DNA of 58,470 nucleotides, taken from IMG/VR virus record IMGVR_UViG_3300042397_002506, positions 1 to 58,470 of that record. The stretch is one strand, 5' to 3'. Made by a program: the position numbers and the translations under genes. The notes below the pieces were generated by a model. The model saw nothing but the letters and a program-made list of their open reading frames with translations, had not been told where the DNA came from and searched no databases. Positions 1 through 11,800 of the stretch are shown piece after piece (within the stretch, counting starts at the first letter, position 1; each line of letters begins with the position of its first letter). The DNA comes from a virus. Taxonomy: Duplodnaviria > Caudoviricetes.

Positions 1-435
1 GGTACTCCATCTACTCCGTGGGTGCTTACACGCGGAGAATATTTTAACGAATCATCTGAGATTCCTGGCGCTTTCCAATTTGTAACTGACGGTACTCTAA
101 ATAGAAGTACAGGTTGGGTTGCAACCGTAACAGACGCTGAAACTTTTGCTCTTGGTGTTAATCCTGTTGTTTGGTATCAATTCTCTGGTGCTGGTACGTA
201 TACGGCTGGAGAAGGATTAAATTTAACCGGAACACAATTTTCCATTTTAGATGGAGCTATTCAAAATATTAAATTAGCTAATCCTAGCATAAGTATCGCT
301 GGAGAAGCTGGTGCAAATACATCGATTGCTTTAGGTGCTACACTTATTATTGAAGGAACTGATGGCGTAAATACGACAATTTCCAACGGTAAAGTATCAA
401 TTGCAGTAGATGTATTAGACGGTGGAACATTCTAA
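1..435 (+). CDS. 3' part of a tail-fibre/virion structural protein (5' end outside window)
   Basis: Frame 1 is open from base 1 (GTPSTPWVLTRG...). Gly/Thr/Ala-rich, with a YTAGEGLNLTG fibre-type motif and a C-terminal LDGGTF. Lies directly upstream of other fibre genes. Confidence 0.65.
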   Translation, partial: GTPSTPWVLTRGEYFNESSEIPGAFQFVTDGTLNRSTGWVATVTDAETFALGVNPVVWYQFSGAGTYTAGEGLNLTGTQFSILDGAIQNIKLANPSISIAGEAGANTSIALGATLIIEGTDGVNTTISNGKVSIAVDVLDGGTF

Positions 436-476
436 TATTTAACCTACATAGGTTATTATAACAAAGGGACATAGAT

Positions 477-2753
477 ATGTCAACTATTAAGTTACGTAGG
501 AGTGCCGTACCTGGCAGAATACCTACAGTTGAACAGTTAGATCTTGGCGAATTAGCCATTAACACAGCTGACGGCAAAATTTACTTTAAAAAATATGATG
601 CGGGTGCAAATACTGAATCAATTATTGACGTATCAGCAAACTTAGATGCTAACGCGATCTTAGAGCTTTTAAAAGGTGTTGACGGAGCTAACTCAGGCCT
701 CGATGCTGACCTTTTAGATGGACAGTCAGGTGCATATTACCTAGACTATAATAACTTCACCAACGTCCCTCCAGCCACCTTAGATTTAACTTTAAGTGGC
801 AAAGTAACCGGTAATGCCTTCTCAAATACTGGCATTATGACACTGTTCACTGAGCTGGCAAATACAGGTGTTACTGCTGGTACATACGGTTCTGCTTCTC
901 TTGTTCCAATTATTACTATTGATGAAGATGGTAGAATTACTGTTGCAAATACAGTATCAGTTGCCGGTGTATCGAACACTTACTGGACATCTTCTAATAA
1001 CACATTTACAATTGAAACTGCTGATGGCGGCATTTATGATACCATCATTGAAGAATTTTCTGATATTACAGTAAACGATTTAACTGCAAATAATATCATT
1101 GTAAATGGTTTAGTTGATGGTCGTGATATTGCAGCTGATGGCGCTAAATTAGATTTATTAGAAGATGGTTTAGATCTTACACTAACTGGAAAAGTTACTG
1201 GTACCGCTTTTTCAAACAATGGGATAATGACTCTTGATACAGAGTTAGCAAATACCGGTGTTACTGCAGGAACTTATGGTTCTTCTACTCAAATTCCAGT
1301 TATTACCGTCGACGAAGATGGTCGTATTACTGTTGCGAACACTACATCGGTTGCAGGTGTAGACGATTTCACATACGCTGACGCAAATAATACTATTACA
1401 TTAGAAACCGGTGATGGTTCTGTATTTAATATTCAAACAAAAACAACAGTTGAATTAACTGGTAAAGTTACAGGAACTGCTAATTCATCTTCTGGAACTG
1501 TAAGTATTGATGTTGAACTTGCAAATACCGGTGTTACTGCAGGCACGTATGGTTCTTCTACTGCAATTCCTATTATTACTATCGATGAAGATGGTAGAAT
1601 TACTGTTGCAAATACTGCATCTGTCTCAGGTGTAGACGATTTTTATTGGACTTCTTCTAACAATACTTTAATATTGCAAACAGGAGATGGAACAGCATAC
1701 GTAGTTCCAATTGAAGACTTTAACAATATTACAGTAAACGATTTAACTGCCAACAACATTATAGTTTCAGGTACGGTTGATGGCCGCGACGTCTCTGTAG
1801 ACGGTGCTAAATTAGATGGTATTGAAGATGGTGCTACAGCAGACCAAACAGCCGCAGATATTCGTGGTCTTGGTTTCTTTGACGTAACAAACGATGGTGG
1901 TGGTTCTGGTCTTGACGCTGATCTTTTAGATGGCCAACATGCTTCTGATATTATTGCTGCAGCAGTTAGCCAATCTGGGGCGCAAATTGGTAACGGTAGA
2001 GTAACCATAACTGGTAACACAGGTCTCACTGGAACCGGTTCGTTTAATCTTAACGATTTTTCTAATACATCGATTACAATAACTCACGCTGATACTTCAT
2101 CAGTAGCAAATACTTCAAATGCAAACGGCAACGTAATTACTGGTATTACTTTTGATACCTTTGGGCATACTCAAGCTGTTACGTCAACGGATTTAGATGG
2201 TCGTTACTATACTGAAACAGAGTTAAACGCTGGCCAATTAGATAACAGATATTACACTGAAACAGAATTAAATGCTGGACAGTTAGATAATCGTTATTAT
2301 ACTGAGACAGAACTAAATGCGGGCCAACTAGATAATCGTTACTATACTGAAACTGAAGCAGATTCTAGATTTGTAAATACTACCGGCGATACAATGTCTG
2401 GCAGTTTAACTGTTAATGCAGATATAATTCAAAAAGAATCTAAGTTTATTTCTGAAACGCAGACAACAACGTCTACTTCACAAGCTGCAATATATGCTTT
2501 TGCTCATGCTACATTTAGTGCAGCAGAAGTTTTAATTACAGCAACAGAAACAACAAAAAAGCATATCACAAAACTACTAATAACGCATAACGGTTCCACT
2601 GCAATTGCAACCGAATATGGTGTTGTGTATACTAACACTGAATTAGCAGATTACGATGTATCAATTGTCGGTCCGACATTACAAATATTAGCAACTCCAG
2701 CTAGTTCAATTTCTACTACATTTAAAATTGTAGCAACTTTGATTGATGCATAA
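477..2753 (+). CDS. Tail fibre protein (758 aa) with internal repeats
   Basis: N-terminus IKLRRSAVPGRIP..L..GELAINTADGKIY resembles T4-like long-fibre N-termini. Contains SGLDADLLDG x2, ELANTGVTAGTYGS..IP.IT.DEDGRITVANT x3 and RYYTETELNAGQLDN tandem repeats. AAGGGA SD. Confidence 0.8.
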   Translation: MSTIKLRRSAVPGRIPTVEQLDLGELAINTADGKIYFKKYDAGANTESIIDVSANLDANAILELLKGVDGANSGLDADLLDGQSGAYYLDYNNFTNVPPATLDLTLSGKVTGNAFSNTGIMTLFTELANTGVTAGTYGSASLVPIITIDEDGRITVANTVSVAGVSNTYWTSSNNTFTIETADGGIYDTIIEEFSDITVNDLTANNIIVNGLVDGRDIAADGAKLDLLEDGLDLTLTGKVTGTAFSNNGIMTLDTELANTGVTAGTYGSSTQIPVITVDEDGRITVANTTSVAGVDDFTYADANNTITLETGDGSVFNIQTKTTVELTGKVTGTANSSSGTVSIDVELANTGVTAGTYGSSTAIPIITIDEDGRITVANTASVSGVDDFYWTSSNNTLILQTGDGTAYVVPIEDFNNITVNDLTANNIIVSGTVDGRDVSVDGAKLDGIEDGATADQTAADIRGLGFFDVTNDGGGSGLDADLLDGQHASDIIAAAVSQSGAQIGNGRVTITGNTGLTGTGSFNLNDFSNTSITITHADTSSVANTSNANGNVITGITFDTFGHTQAVTSTDLDGRYYTETELNAGQLDNRYYTETELNAGQLDNRYYTETELNAGQLDNRYYTETEADSRFVNTTGDTMSGSLTVNADIIQKESKFISETQTTTSTSQAAIYAFAHATFSAAEVLITATETTKKHITKLLITHNGSTAIATEYGVVYTNTELADYDVSIVGPTLQILATPASSISTTFKIVATLIDA
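2202..2357 (+). repeat. Coding tandem repeat, 45-bp unit x ~3.5 (RYYTETELNAGQLDN)
   Basis: Units start at 2202, 2247, 2292 and 2337; differences between full units are synonymous. Confidence 0.9.
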
Positions 2754-2756
2754 AGT

Positions 2757-2764
2757 TATAAATA
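2757..2764 (+). promoter_or_regulatory. T4-type late promoter
   Basis: Exact TATAAATA in the intergenic gap before the giant fibre gene. Confidence 0.8.
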
Positions 2765-2812
2765 TACCAATATCTAATTTCATAAAAAGCCTAACTGGGG
2801 AGAGTGAACCGA

Positions 2813-5800
2813 ATGGCGAATAATAAAAAATTCATAGTCAAGAACGGCTTAGAATCGCAAGAAAATGTCGTAATTGGCACAACAACGGACGACGGAGTAA
2901 ATAAACTCCAAGTCACTGGAAGCTCAAAGCTTACAGGCGCCGTTGAAGTCACTCAATCAACCGCGGCAACACCTACTGTAAAATTTACTAACAGCGCTGG
3001 CCCATCTGCGCTTATTGCAGAATTTGCTGGTACAAGTCAAAGTGTTAGAATAACTAATTTTTCTGCTGGCGATTATTCAATTCTTAATACCGGACAAAGC
3101 AACGGTATTCGTCTTTTTAATGATACTGCTGGTCTTGATATCCTTTATAATGGTAACACTGATTTAGTATTTAATTCTACTGGTATTGACTTTAAACGTG
3201 CTCCAACATATCTTGGCAATGTTTTCTGGAATGCAGGTAATGATGGTGCTAACTCTGGTCTTGACGCTGACTTAATTGATGGATTAGATTCTAGCCAATT
3301 CCTTCGCTCTGACGAAAGCGATACAATGAATGGTAGCCTGATAATTACAGGCAACCTAACCGTTCAAGGTACAACTACTACACTTAGTACTGAAACTATT
3401 CTTCTTGCTGATAATATTATTACTCTTAATAGTAATTACACTGGAAGTACACCTTCTGAAAACGCAGGTATTGAAGTTGAACGTGGCACACTAGCTAATT
3501 CAACATTTCAATGGTTAGAAGCTTCTGATAAGTGGGAACTTGGCGGACCATCACTAGGATTGATTCTGGGTGACACTTCTAACCGCCAAGGGGCAATCAC
3601 ATCTTACGCAAATTCGTTCATCATAGAGGCCGGAGGTGCATCTGGCGTATCAAGTGGTACAGTACTATTATCAGGTAGATTGTTCGGAACGGCTGCAAAT
3701 GCAGGTGTAGCAGCATTCCACAATCCAACAACTAATATTTCATATGGTGAACTGCTATATAATGGTAGTCCTCGTATTCGTTCTGAAAGCGTTGGTGTAA
3801 CTGCTCTCGGTAACTCTACAGTACAAGGTACTCTTACTGTTGGAACTGGCAGTGGTGGGGCGTATATTTACTTAGACGGTGCAGGTACAAACGGTACAAT
3901 TTATTCGTCTGCTGGTGAAATTGGTTTCTTAAACGCATCTTTAAATTATGCTTTAAAAGTTGATACAGCTGGTGACGTAAGAGTCACAGACAATATCTAC
4001 GCGCAAAAGTTTATTGATATTAATAACAACACATATCAAGTTGTGCCATCAGTAACTTCTGTTCTAAATAATATTGATTTAGAAGGTTCACTACGCCACA
4101 ACGGTGACACTGATACATTTATTACTTTCCCTACTACAGGCAGAATTGGATTTACATTAGACGGTACTCAATACGGTTTAATGACAAACACTGCTTTCCA
4201 GTATACTGGAGATGTGATTGCTGATAGATTCTTAGATCGTAGTGATAATGCTTATTATGTAGATCCTGCAAATTCTTCTGTTTTAAATACAGTTGGTATT
4301 GATTCCGATTTATTCCATAATGGCGACACTGATACTAAGCTTTCATTTGCTACAGACTCAATTACGCTATCAACTGCTAACGTAGTAAGATTAACAGCCA
4401 ACACAACTGCTCTTACATCGAGTCTTGATGTTTATGCGCCACGTTATTATGATTCAAATAACAACGCATTCTACTTAGATCCTGCTTCAACGTCAGAATT
4501 AAACTCTGCAAACTTCTATAGTGCTTCTGCAAACAACGCTATTAACGTTGGTATCAATGCTGCTCAAAGATTCAACATTGACGTTACAAGCAGCCAAGGA
4601 TATATTCGTTATATTCAAAACGAAATAGATGCTACAGATCATTCAGTAAACTTTGAAATTATATCCGGTAGCGGTGGCCTAAATCGTTTTAACTTCAATA
4701 AAAATATTGATGTTGGATCAAATACTATTACTGGCGGATTCGGTGTATTTACTTCTGGTGCGTATGCTTCTGTTTTCTATGATTACGATAACGAAGCTTT
4801 CTTCGCCGACTTAAACAATACCGGCAATTCTATTAACATTGCGGGTACGGTTCAAGCTGGCAACGGAACTCTTGCGCTTCCTTCATACACGTTTGGTTCT
4901 GATACTAACACTGGAATGTATAGAGCCGGTGTAGACACAATAGGTTTCTCTGCAGGTGGTAACGACGAATTTAGAATTCTTACAACATATACGTTGTCTC
5001 CAGGTTCATCTCGTGCTCCTATCTTCTATGATAGCGATAATACAGCATACTATGGAGATTTTGCTAGCACATCAGTAATGAATCGTGTTGGTATCGATGA
5101 TTACATTCAGCACAATGGAAACATCACTTCTTACTTCGGTTTCTCAGCAAACAACATCTTTAAGTTGTTTACTAACGGCGCTGAAAGATTAAACATCGAT
5201 GATAACTCAGCAGACTTCTCTGTTGATGTTTATGCACCTCGTTATTACGACTCAAACACAATTACTTATTACGGTGATTTTGCTGCAACGTCAGTAATGA
5301 ACCGCATTGATATTGACGACTATATTCGTCACAATGGAAATACGACTTCTTACTTTGGTTTCTCAGCAAATAACATTTATAAGTTATTTACAAATGGTGT
5401 TGAGAGATTAAACGTAGATGACGACTCTGCAGATTTCGCAGTTAACGTTTATGCTCCACAATATTACACTAATGATTATTTAATTCACAATGGTGATACA
5501 AATACTTATGTTGGTTTTGATGCTAATGACCAATTCGGTGTATGGACAAACGGTGTAAAACAAATTGCTGTTAATACAACAGCAGTAGCTATTAACCTTA
5601 ATACAAATATTACTGGCGCACTTGATGTTACTGGTAGAGCTACGATTGGCAACAGTTTAACACGCCCAGACAGTCTTGCTGTTTTAGCTAATTCTGCTGC
5701 GCGAATTGGTGGAGCAGATGTTCATCTTCACGTTGCTTCATTAGGTGCTGCTGCAAACTATGCTGTTGCATTGCAATCTGGTCGCCAATCAGATAATGTT

Positions 5801-8800
5801 AGCTTCCCGTTAGTAATGCAACCAAACGGCGGTAACGTTGGTGTTGGTACACTTACAGCCGGAGCAACTCTTACTGTTAATAAGAAAACTGCGCAAGGAA
5901 ATAACCCATTTGCGGCAGGTACTTCATTATTCAGTTTAGGTGACGTTGACGTAGTTGATTACAGTATTAGAACAGACTCGTTTGGTAATATCTTCCACGT
6001 TAATGATAACGGCGGAAATCAAATTTGGTACACTTCAAGTGCTGGCGGTTTATTTGCAATTTTAAATACCGGTGATGTTGTTGTTAATAACGATTCAACT
6101 ACATACGCAGTAACAGACGCAGCTACAAACTTTATTGCTACCGGAACTGCATCAAATAATAAATTGCACGTCACAGGCAGTATTTCGATGGGATCTATAA
6201 ATGATGTCATTAGTATTTACGGTGCAGACGGTGCTAATACAGCAATCACTTCAGCCACATTCCTTGGTGTTAATGAATTAGGATTTAGTGGCGGTGGCGG
6301 TTTCTACATGAACGATACTGCTACAGTTAGAGTTCGTGGTAATAAAGCCATCTCTACAACTGGTGATATTACTGGTGCCAGATTCATTGATGCAGGTAAC
6401 AACACTTACATCGTAGATCCAGCTGGTACTTCAGTAATGAACCGTATCGATATTGACGATTACATTCGTCATAACGGTGATACTGATAACTACTTTGGCT
6501 TTGCAGCTAACGATACTTTCAGAGTATTTACTGGTAACGCACAACGCCTAAACATTGATAACGATTCAGCAGATTTTACTGTTAACGTTTATGCACCAAT
6601 CTTCTATGATAGCGATAACAATGCTTATTATGGCGATTTCGGTGGAACATCAAACATGTCTCGTATTGATGTTGATGATTATATCCGTCATAGAGGCAAC
6701 ACTGATGCTTACTTCGGTTGGGCTGGAAATAACAACTTTAAGTTATTTACAAACGGCACTGAGCGCTTTAACATAGACGCAGACTCTGCTGATTTTGCAA
6801 TTAACGTTTACGCTCCAAGATATTACGATAGTAATGACTCTACTTATTATGTAGATCCAGCTTCAGTATCAATAATGAACAATGTTTCATTTGGTGTTCC
6901 TGGTAATGGTTCAAACGTAAAAGGTCGTTTCTTATCTATTGAAGGCGACACTGACGCTAGTGGCGAAGGTTCAAGTCGTATCTTCTTTGCAGAACATAAT
7001 TCAACAACTGCAGATCAAGATAAGTACGGTATGGCTCTTGCATATCGTGGCGGTAATGCAGCTATCAATAGTGTTACAGGCCAGCCAACTACATTAACTG
7101 GACTAGGCAACGGCGAATGGGGTCTCCTTGGTTATGATAATAGTATAAGCGGCAACTGGGCAATGAGAGGCCCACGTTCATCGGCTTATGTTGAAGCTCG
7201 TGGCGATTTCCGCGCACCTATCTTCTATGATAGCAACAACACCGCATATTACGGTGACTTTGCTTCTACTTCAATAATGAACATTGTTCGTGTTGGCCAA
7301 CTTCAGGTTGATGACGCAACAACATTTATCGATAGCAGAGCGGGTGATTACGGTACTATTCGTGTAGAAGGTACTACTGGTGCAGGTTCATGGGCAGGTT
7401 ACGCTATTCGTGATGACTGGGTCTTCATGTCAAACGGCGCAGCGTCTGCCGGTATTTACAATGACACTGACAATGAGTGGGCATTAGAAGCAGCTCAAAA
7501 CTCTTGGACAAGATTATACGCTAACGGTGTCCATCAGCTTAGTGCTGAAAACGGTTATGGCTTTGCGCCAACTAGTATGCGTTCACCTATCTTCTATGAT
7601 AGTGACGATATTAACTATTTTGCAAACTTTGCGGCTGGTAACGCAAACAACGCAATCAAAGTAAACGGTAGAATCTTTAGAGAAGGTTTTACTGCTGATA
7701 GTGGTTCAACAAACACATTCTTGCTAGCGCAAGATGAAAACCAATTTATTTGGAACACTGCTACAAACTGGGGTATTTTCTGGGCTACTAACACGTCAGC
7801 TGCTTATCGTTACACGCCGTTTGGCGATAACATGATTTCGTTTGTCGGTGCTGGAAATTTAAGAGCAGCTATTGACCTTGATAATGGTGCTGCGTATTTC
7901 CAAGGTGCTGTAACAGCAGCTGATTTTAAAATCAACGGTGGTAACGAAGATCTAGGTATCTTAAAAACATACGGATCCGGTCTTGGCGATACAATGATGT
8001 TTGACGGTACTGAGTACTGGGAAAAACGTGTTATTAAAGTAATGCAAGGCGCTGAAGCAAACGCGACAAATACTACTGCAGAATATGTTAAAAATAACAA
8101 CGGCCCATTTGCTTCTACATATGCATTAAGAACAAATCAATATCGTACTTTTGATTCTGATTATATTCCAGTTGAACCAGGAGAACAAATTTACGGTGAA
8201 ATTGCTGTAAGATATATTTCTGGATCTGGTGGTCTTGTTTATATGGGTGTTCGCCGCTATGATAAAGACAAACTTGCAATTGCTGGCAATGATGGTATTG
8301 AATATTTCGTTGTTGGTGGCAACAACGTAACAGATACTAACTGGCAAACATTCCGCGGTCATACTACAATTCCTAGTTCACATACTCCGTTTAGTGGATC
8401 TGACGGTGGTGCATGTAAGTATGTTCGTGTAATTGTTCTTATGAACTATCCGAACGCAGGTGGTCCTGCTCTTCGTGAATACGGTCCTCCAGTTTTAAAG
8501 CGCGTAAATCACTTAAGCAACCTTGTAACAGATTTTGACTTGAGCGTTGGTGGAAATGCAACTATCACTGGTGACTTAACTGTTGATGATATCACATCTG
8601 ATGTTATCGACGCTAACCTATTTAGAGATAGAAGCAACAACGCTTACTACGTAGATCCATACGGATTTACTAATCTGGGTCGTGACACTGGTACAGTAGT
8701 AGCAATTACAAAAACTGGCGCAAGTACTGACAATACATTAATTGTTACAAACACACGCGGTGATCATTCTTACGGTATTACTGGCGAGTTTAGAGTTGAA

Positions 8801-11800
8801 GGCACTGCTGGTACAGATAGACCATCTATTCTATTCTCATCTGGATATAACTCAAATACTTGGTCTGCAGGTTTTGGATTTACTGATAGTAATTTTAGAA
8901 TTAAATACGATCACGGCCATAGAAACGGTAGTTGGGGTACAACTTCTCTTGAAATAGACAGAAGCAGCAACGTTTGGGCTTATGGCTCTATGCGTTCACC
9001 TATCTTCTATGACAATGATAACACTGGATACTACGGTGACTTTGCATCAACATCTAACTTAAACGCTTTAAATGCTGAAGCTACTACAGTTCGTCATCTT
9101 AACTTTAAAGGTGAAGGCGGCGATAGTGGTGTAGGTACTCGTGCTTACTCTATCTATCAAGAAGCTGGAGCTTGGTCATTCCCATATCCAGATTTAAGAA
9201 TTGCATTCCACACTGGTATTAAGTTTGGAGCAAATTCAGGCTATCAAGGCATGCGTTTTTATGATGATTATACTATGGTCACGCAGGTCATGTCTATCAA
9301 CAATGCTAATGACGCGCTTGGTGCTAATAACGTTTACGTTAATAACAGTTTGCAAGCTGGTAGTTCATTAAGAGCTCCAATCTTCTATGATTCAAATGAC
9401 ACTAATTATTATGGTGACTTTGCATCAACATCTGTTGTTAACGTTCTAAGAGCTAACCAACTACAACTTGATGGTTCTACATATACTATCGATTCTGTGT
9501 CTGATGATTATGGTTCTATTGCAGTAAACGGATATAGAAACGGTTGGGCTGGTTACTCTATTAATAATCAGTGGGTGTTTATGTCAAGTGGTCCAGGTAA
9601 TGCTGGTATCTACAACGATGTTAACAATCAATGGGCTATTTTAGCTGCGCAAACTTCAGATGTTCAAATCTTCTTCAATGGAACATGGGAAGAGCGTTCA
9701 CGTTCTGGATTTATGGAAGCTCGCGGATCTTACCGTGCACCAATCTTCTATGATTCAGATAACACAGCGTATTTAATTGATGGTAACGGCACATCAAGAC
9801 TCTTAAACCTTAACGTTGATAACGTAATTGGTGGTAGCGTTAATGGATATTCTGAATTACTCTTAAGCAGAGATAACAGAACAATTGCGCCAAGTGAAGA
9901 TCCGGCTGCCAGAATGCGTTTTGGTTTTACATCTTGGGCTAACAACGATTCGGCACCATATGCCGATTACTTGCATTTAAGATCTTATACAGATGCGTCT
10001 GGTGGTTCAGATAATCTTATAACATTCCTAAAATCCGGTATTGGAATGCGTATTAGGCAACAAACTTGGGGTTCTGGAACTGCGTATTCTACTGTTAGAA
10101 ACGTTACAATTTATAACGAAAACCCAGGCGCTGGAAATGATTTGTATGCTTCTATCTATTATGATAGCAATGATACTTCATATCGTGTAGATCCTACCGA
10201 TACATCCATTATAAGATATCTAAAAGTTAATACAGCGGGTTCAAGCTCAGGAACTCGTGCGTTAACTATTAAATCTGACGGACAAGCAGAAATTAACTTC
10301 GGGGCTTATCCCGGAAATTGGACATCCGCGCTGCAAATTCAGAATAACAACAATACTGACTTTGTGTGGATTTCTCCTCTTGATGATGGACAAAATGCAA
10401 GATTTAGAACTGGTGGGTCTGGCTTAGATATCTATACAGATGGTGGTTCTGGTGATGCTGGTACTTATTCAGCATTTATTGGTTCTGGATCTGTTCGTTC
10501 ATCAATCTTCTACGATCTAGATAATACGGGGTATTACTTAAATCTAAACGGTTCTTCAAACCATGCTGGTGATTTTAGAACTGATCAGTTTTATGCTCGT
10601 GGTTGGTTCCGCAATGATAACAGCGGCACTGGTCTTTATAACCAAGCTACTGCGATGCATTGGTATTCTGATACAAGTTCACGTTTTAGATTATACAGTA
10701 CCACATCTACATCACAGATTTTGATGGCTACAGCAGGTGATGTTGCACGTGGTTATGTTTATGCTGAAAACGATAATAGCATTGGTTTCCTTAACAACGG
10801 CGGAAGCTGGCGCATGCGAATCGTTAGCGGCGATTGGATAGACGTTGGTGGTTCAAGCATTCGTGCGCCGATATTCTATGACAACCAAGATACAACTTAT
10901 TACGTAGATCCTAACAGCAGTGCTAGAATAGCAACAGTAGGCGTTGGTCTTGCTGCCAACAACGGCGGTAAACTAAGCGTAACTGGCGGACATGGCGATT
11001 CTAATATTAGAGTAACTGCTCAAGGTAACCAATTAGGTTCTGGTGTTACTTCATCTATGCATTGGTGGGTGTCTGAACCCGGCGTTACATGGAACGAAGG
11101 TGGTTTCGGATTTAACGTAACCAACGATGGTGGTACTCCATCTGGCTTTGGACGTCCTAATACGTCTTATGGCCAAGGCTACATGAGATATACTACTGGC
11201 GGCGATATTGTTGTTTATAACACAAACACGTCTGGTACAAGATTCCAAAATATGGAATTCCTTTCAAACGGAACTGTGTATGCAAACAACTATCTAACTG
11301 GCGGCAACAGTCTTCGTGCTCCTATCTTTTACGATAGTCAAGACACTGGGTATTATAGCGATCCAAATGGCGGCAGTAGATTAAACACTACGGAAAATAT
11401 TGGCAGAGTTGGATTTAGTAATTACCTTGTAAGCCGTAATGAAGGCGGCATGATGGGTAGCTACAACGCTACTGGTACTGCAGATAAGGTAATCTGGACT
11501 ATCGGTGAAAGCTGGCCTCTTGGTAACATGTATGGTCTTGCTTATTCTTACGGCGGTTTTGGACCATTTGGAACTCAACATAAGCTTGTACTGAGAGAAA
11601 ACGGCTCTACATCTACACAATTTGGTTTTGGCGGCAATATGTATGTTGCGGGTTCTGGCGCAGCCCAAAACGACTTCCGTGCTCCTATCTTCTATGACTC
11701 AAATGATACTGCGTATTATTTTGATGGTGCAAGCGTAAACTCTACACGATTCGAAGGTGTGAGTAATAGAACAAAAGCAATGATGGGTCTACCAGGTAGA

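Noticed and set aside
2202-2357. CRISPR-like array
   Set aside because: The repeats are contiguous, in frame, spacer-less and vary at synonymous sites.
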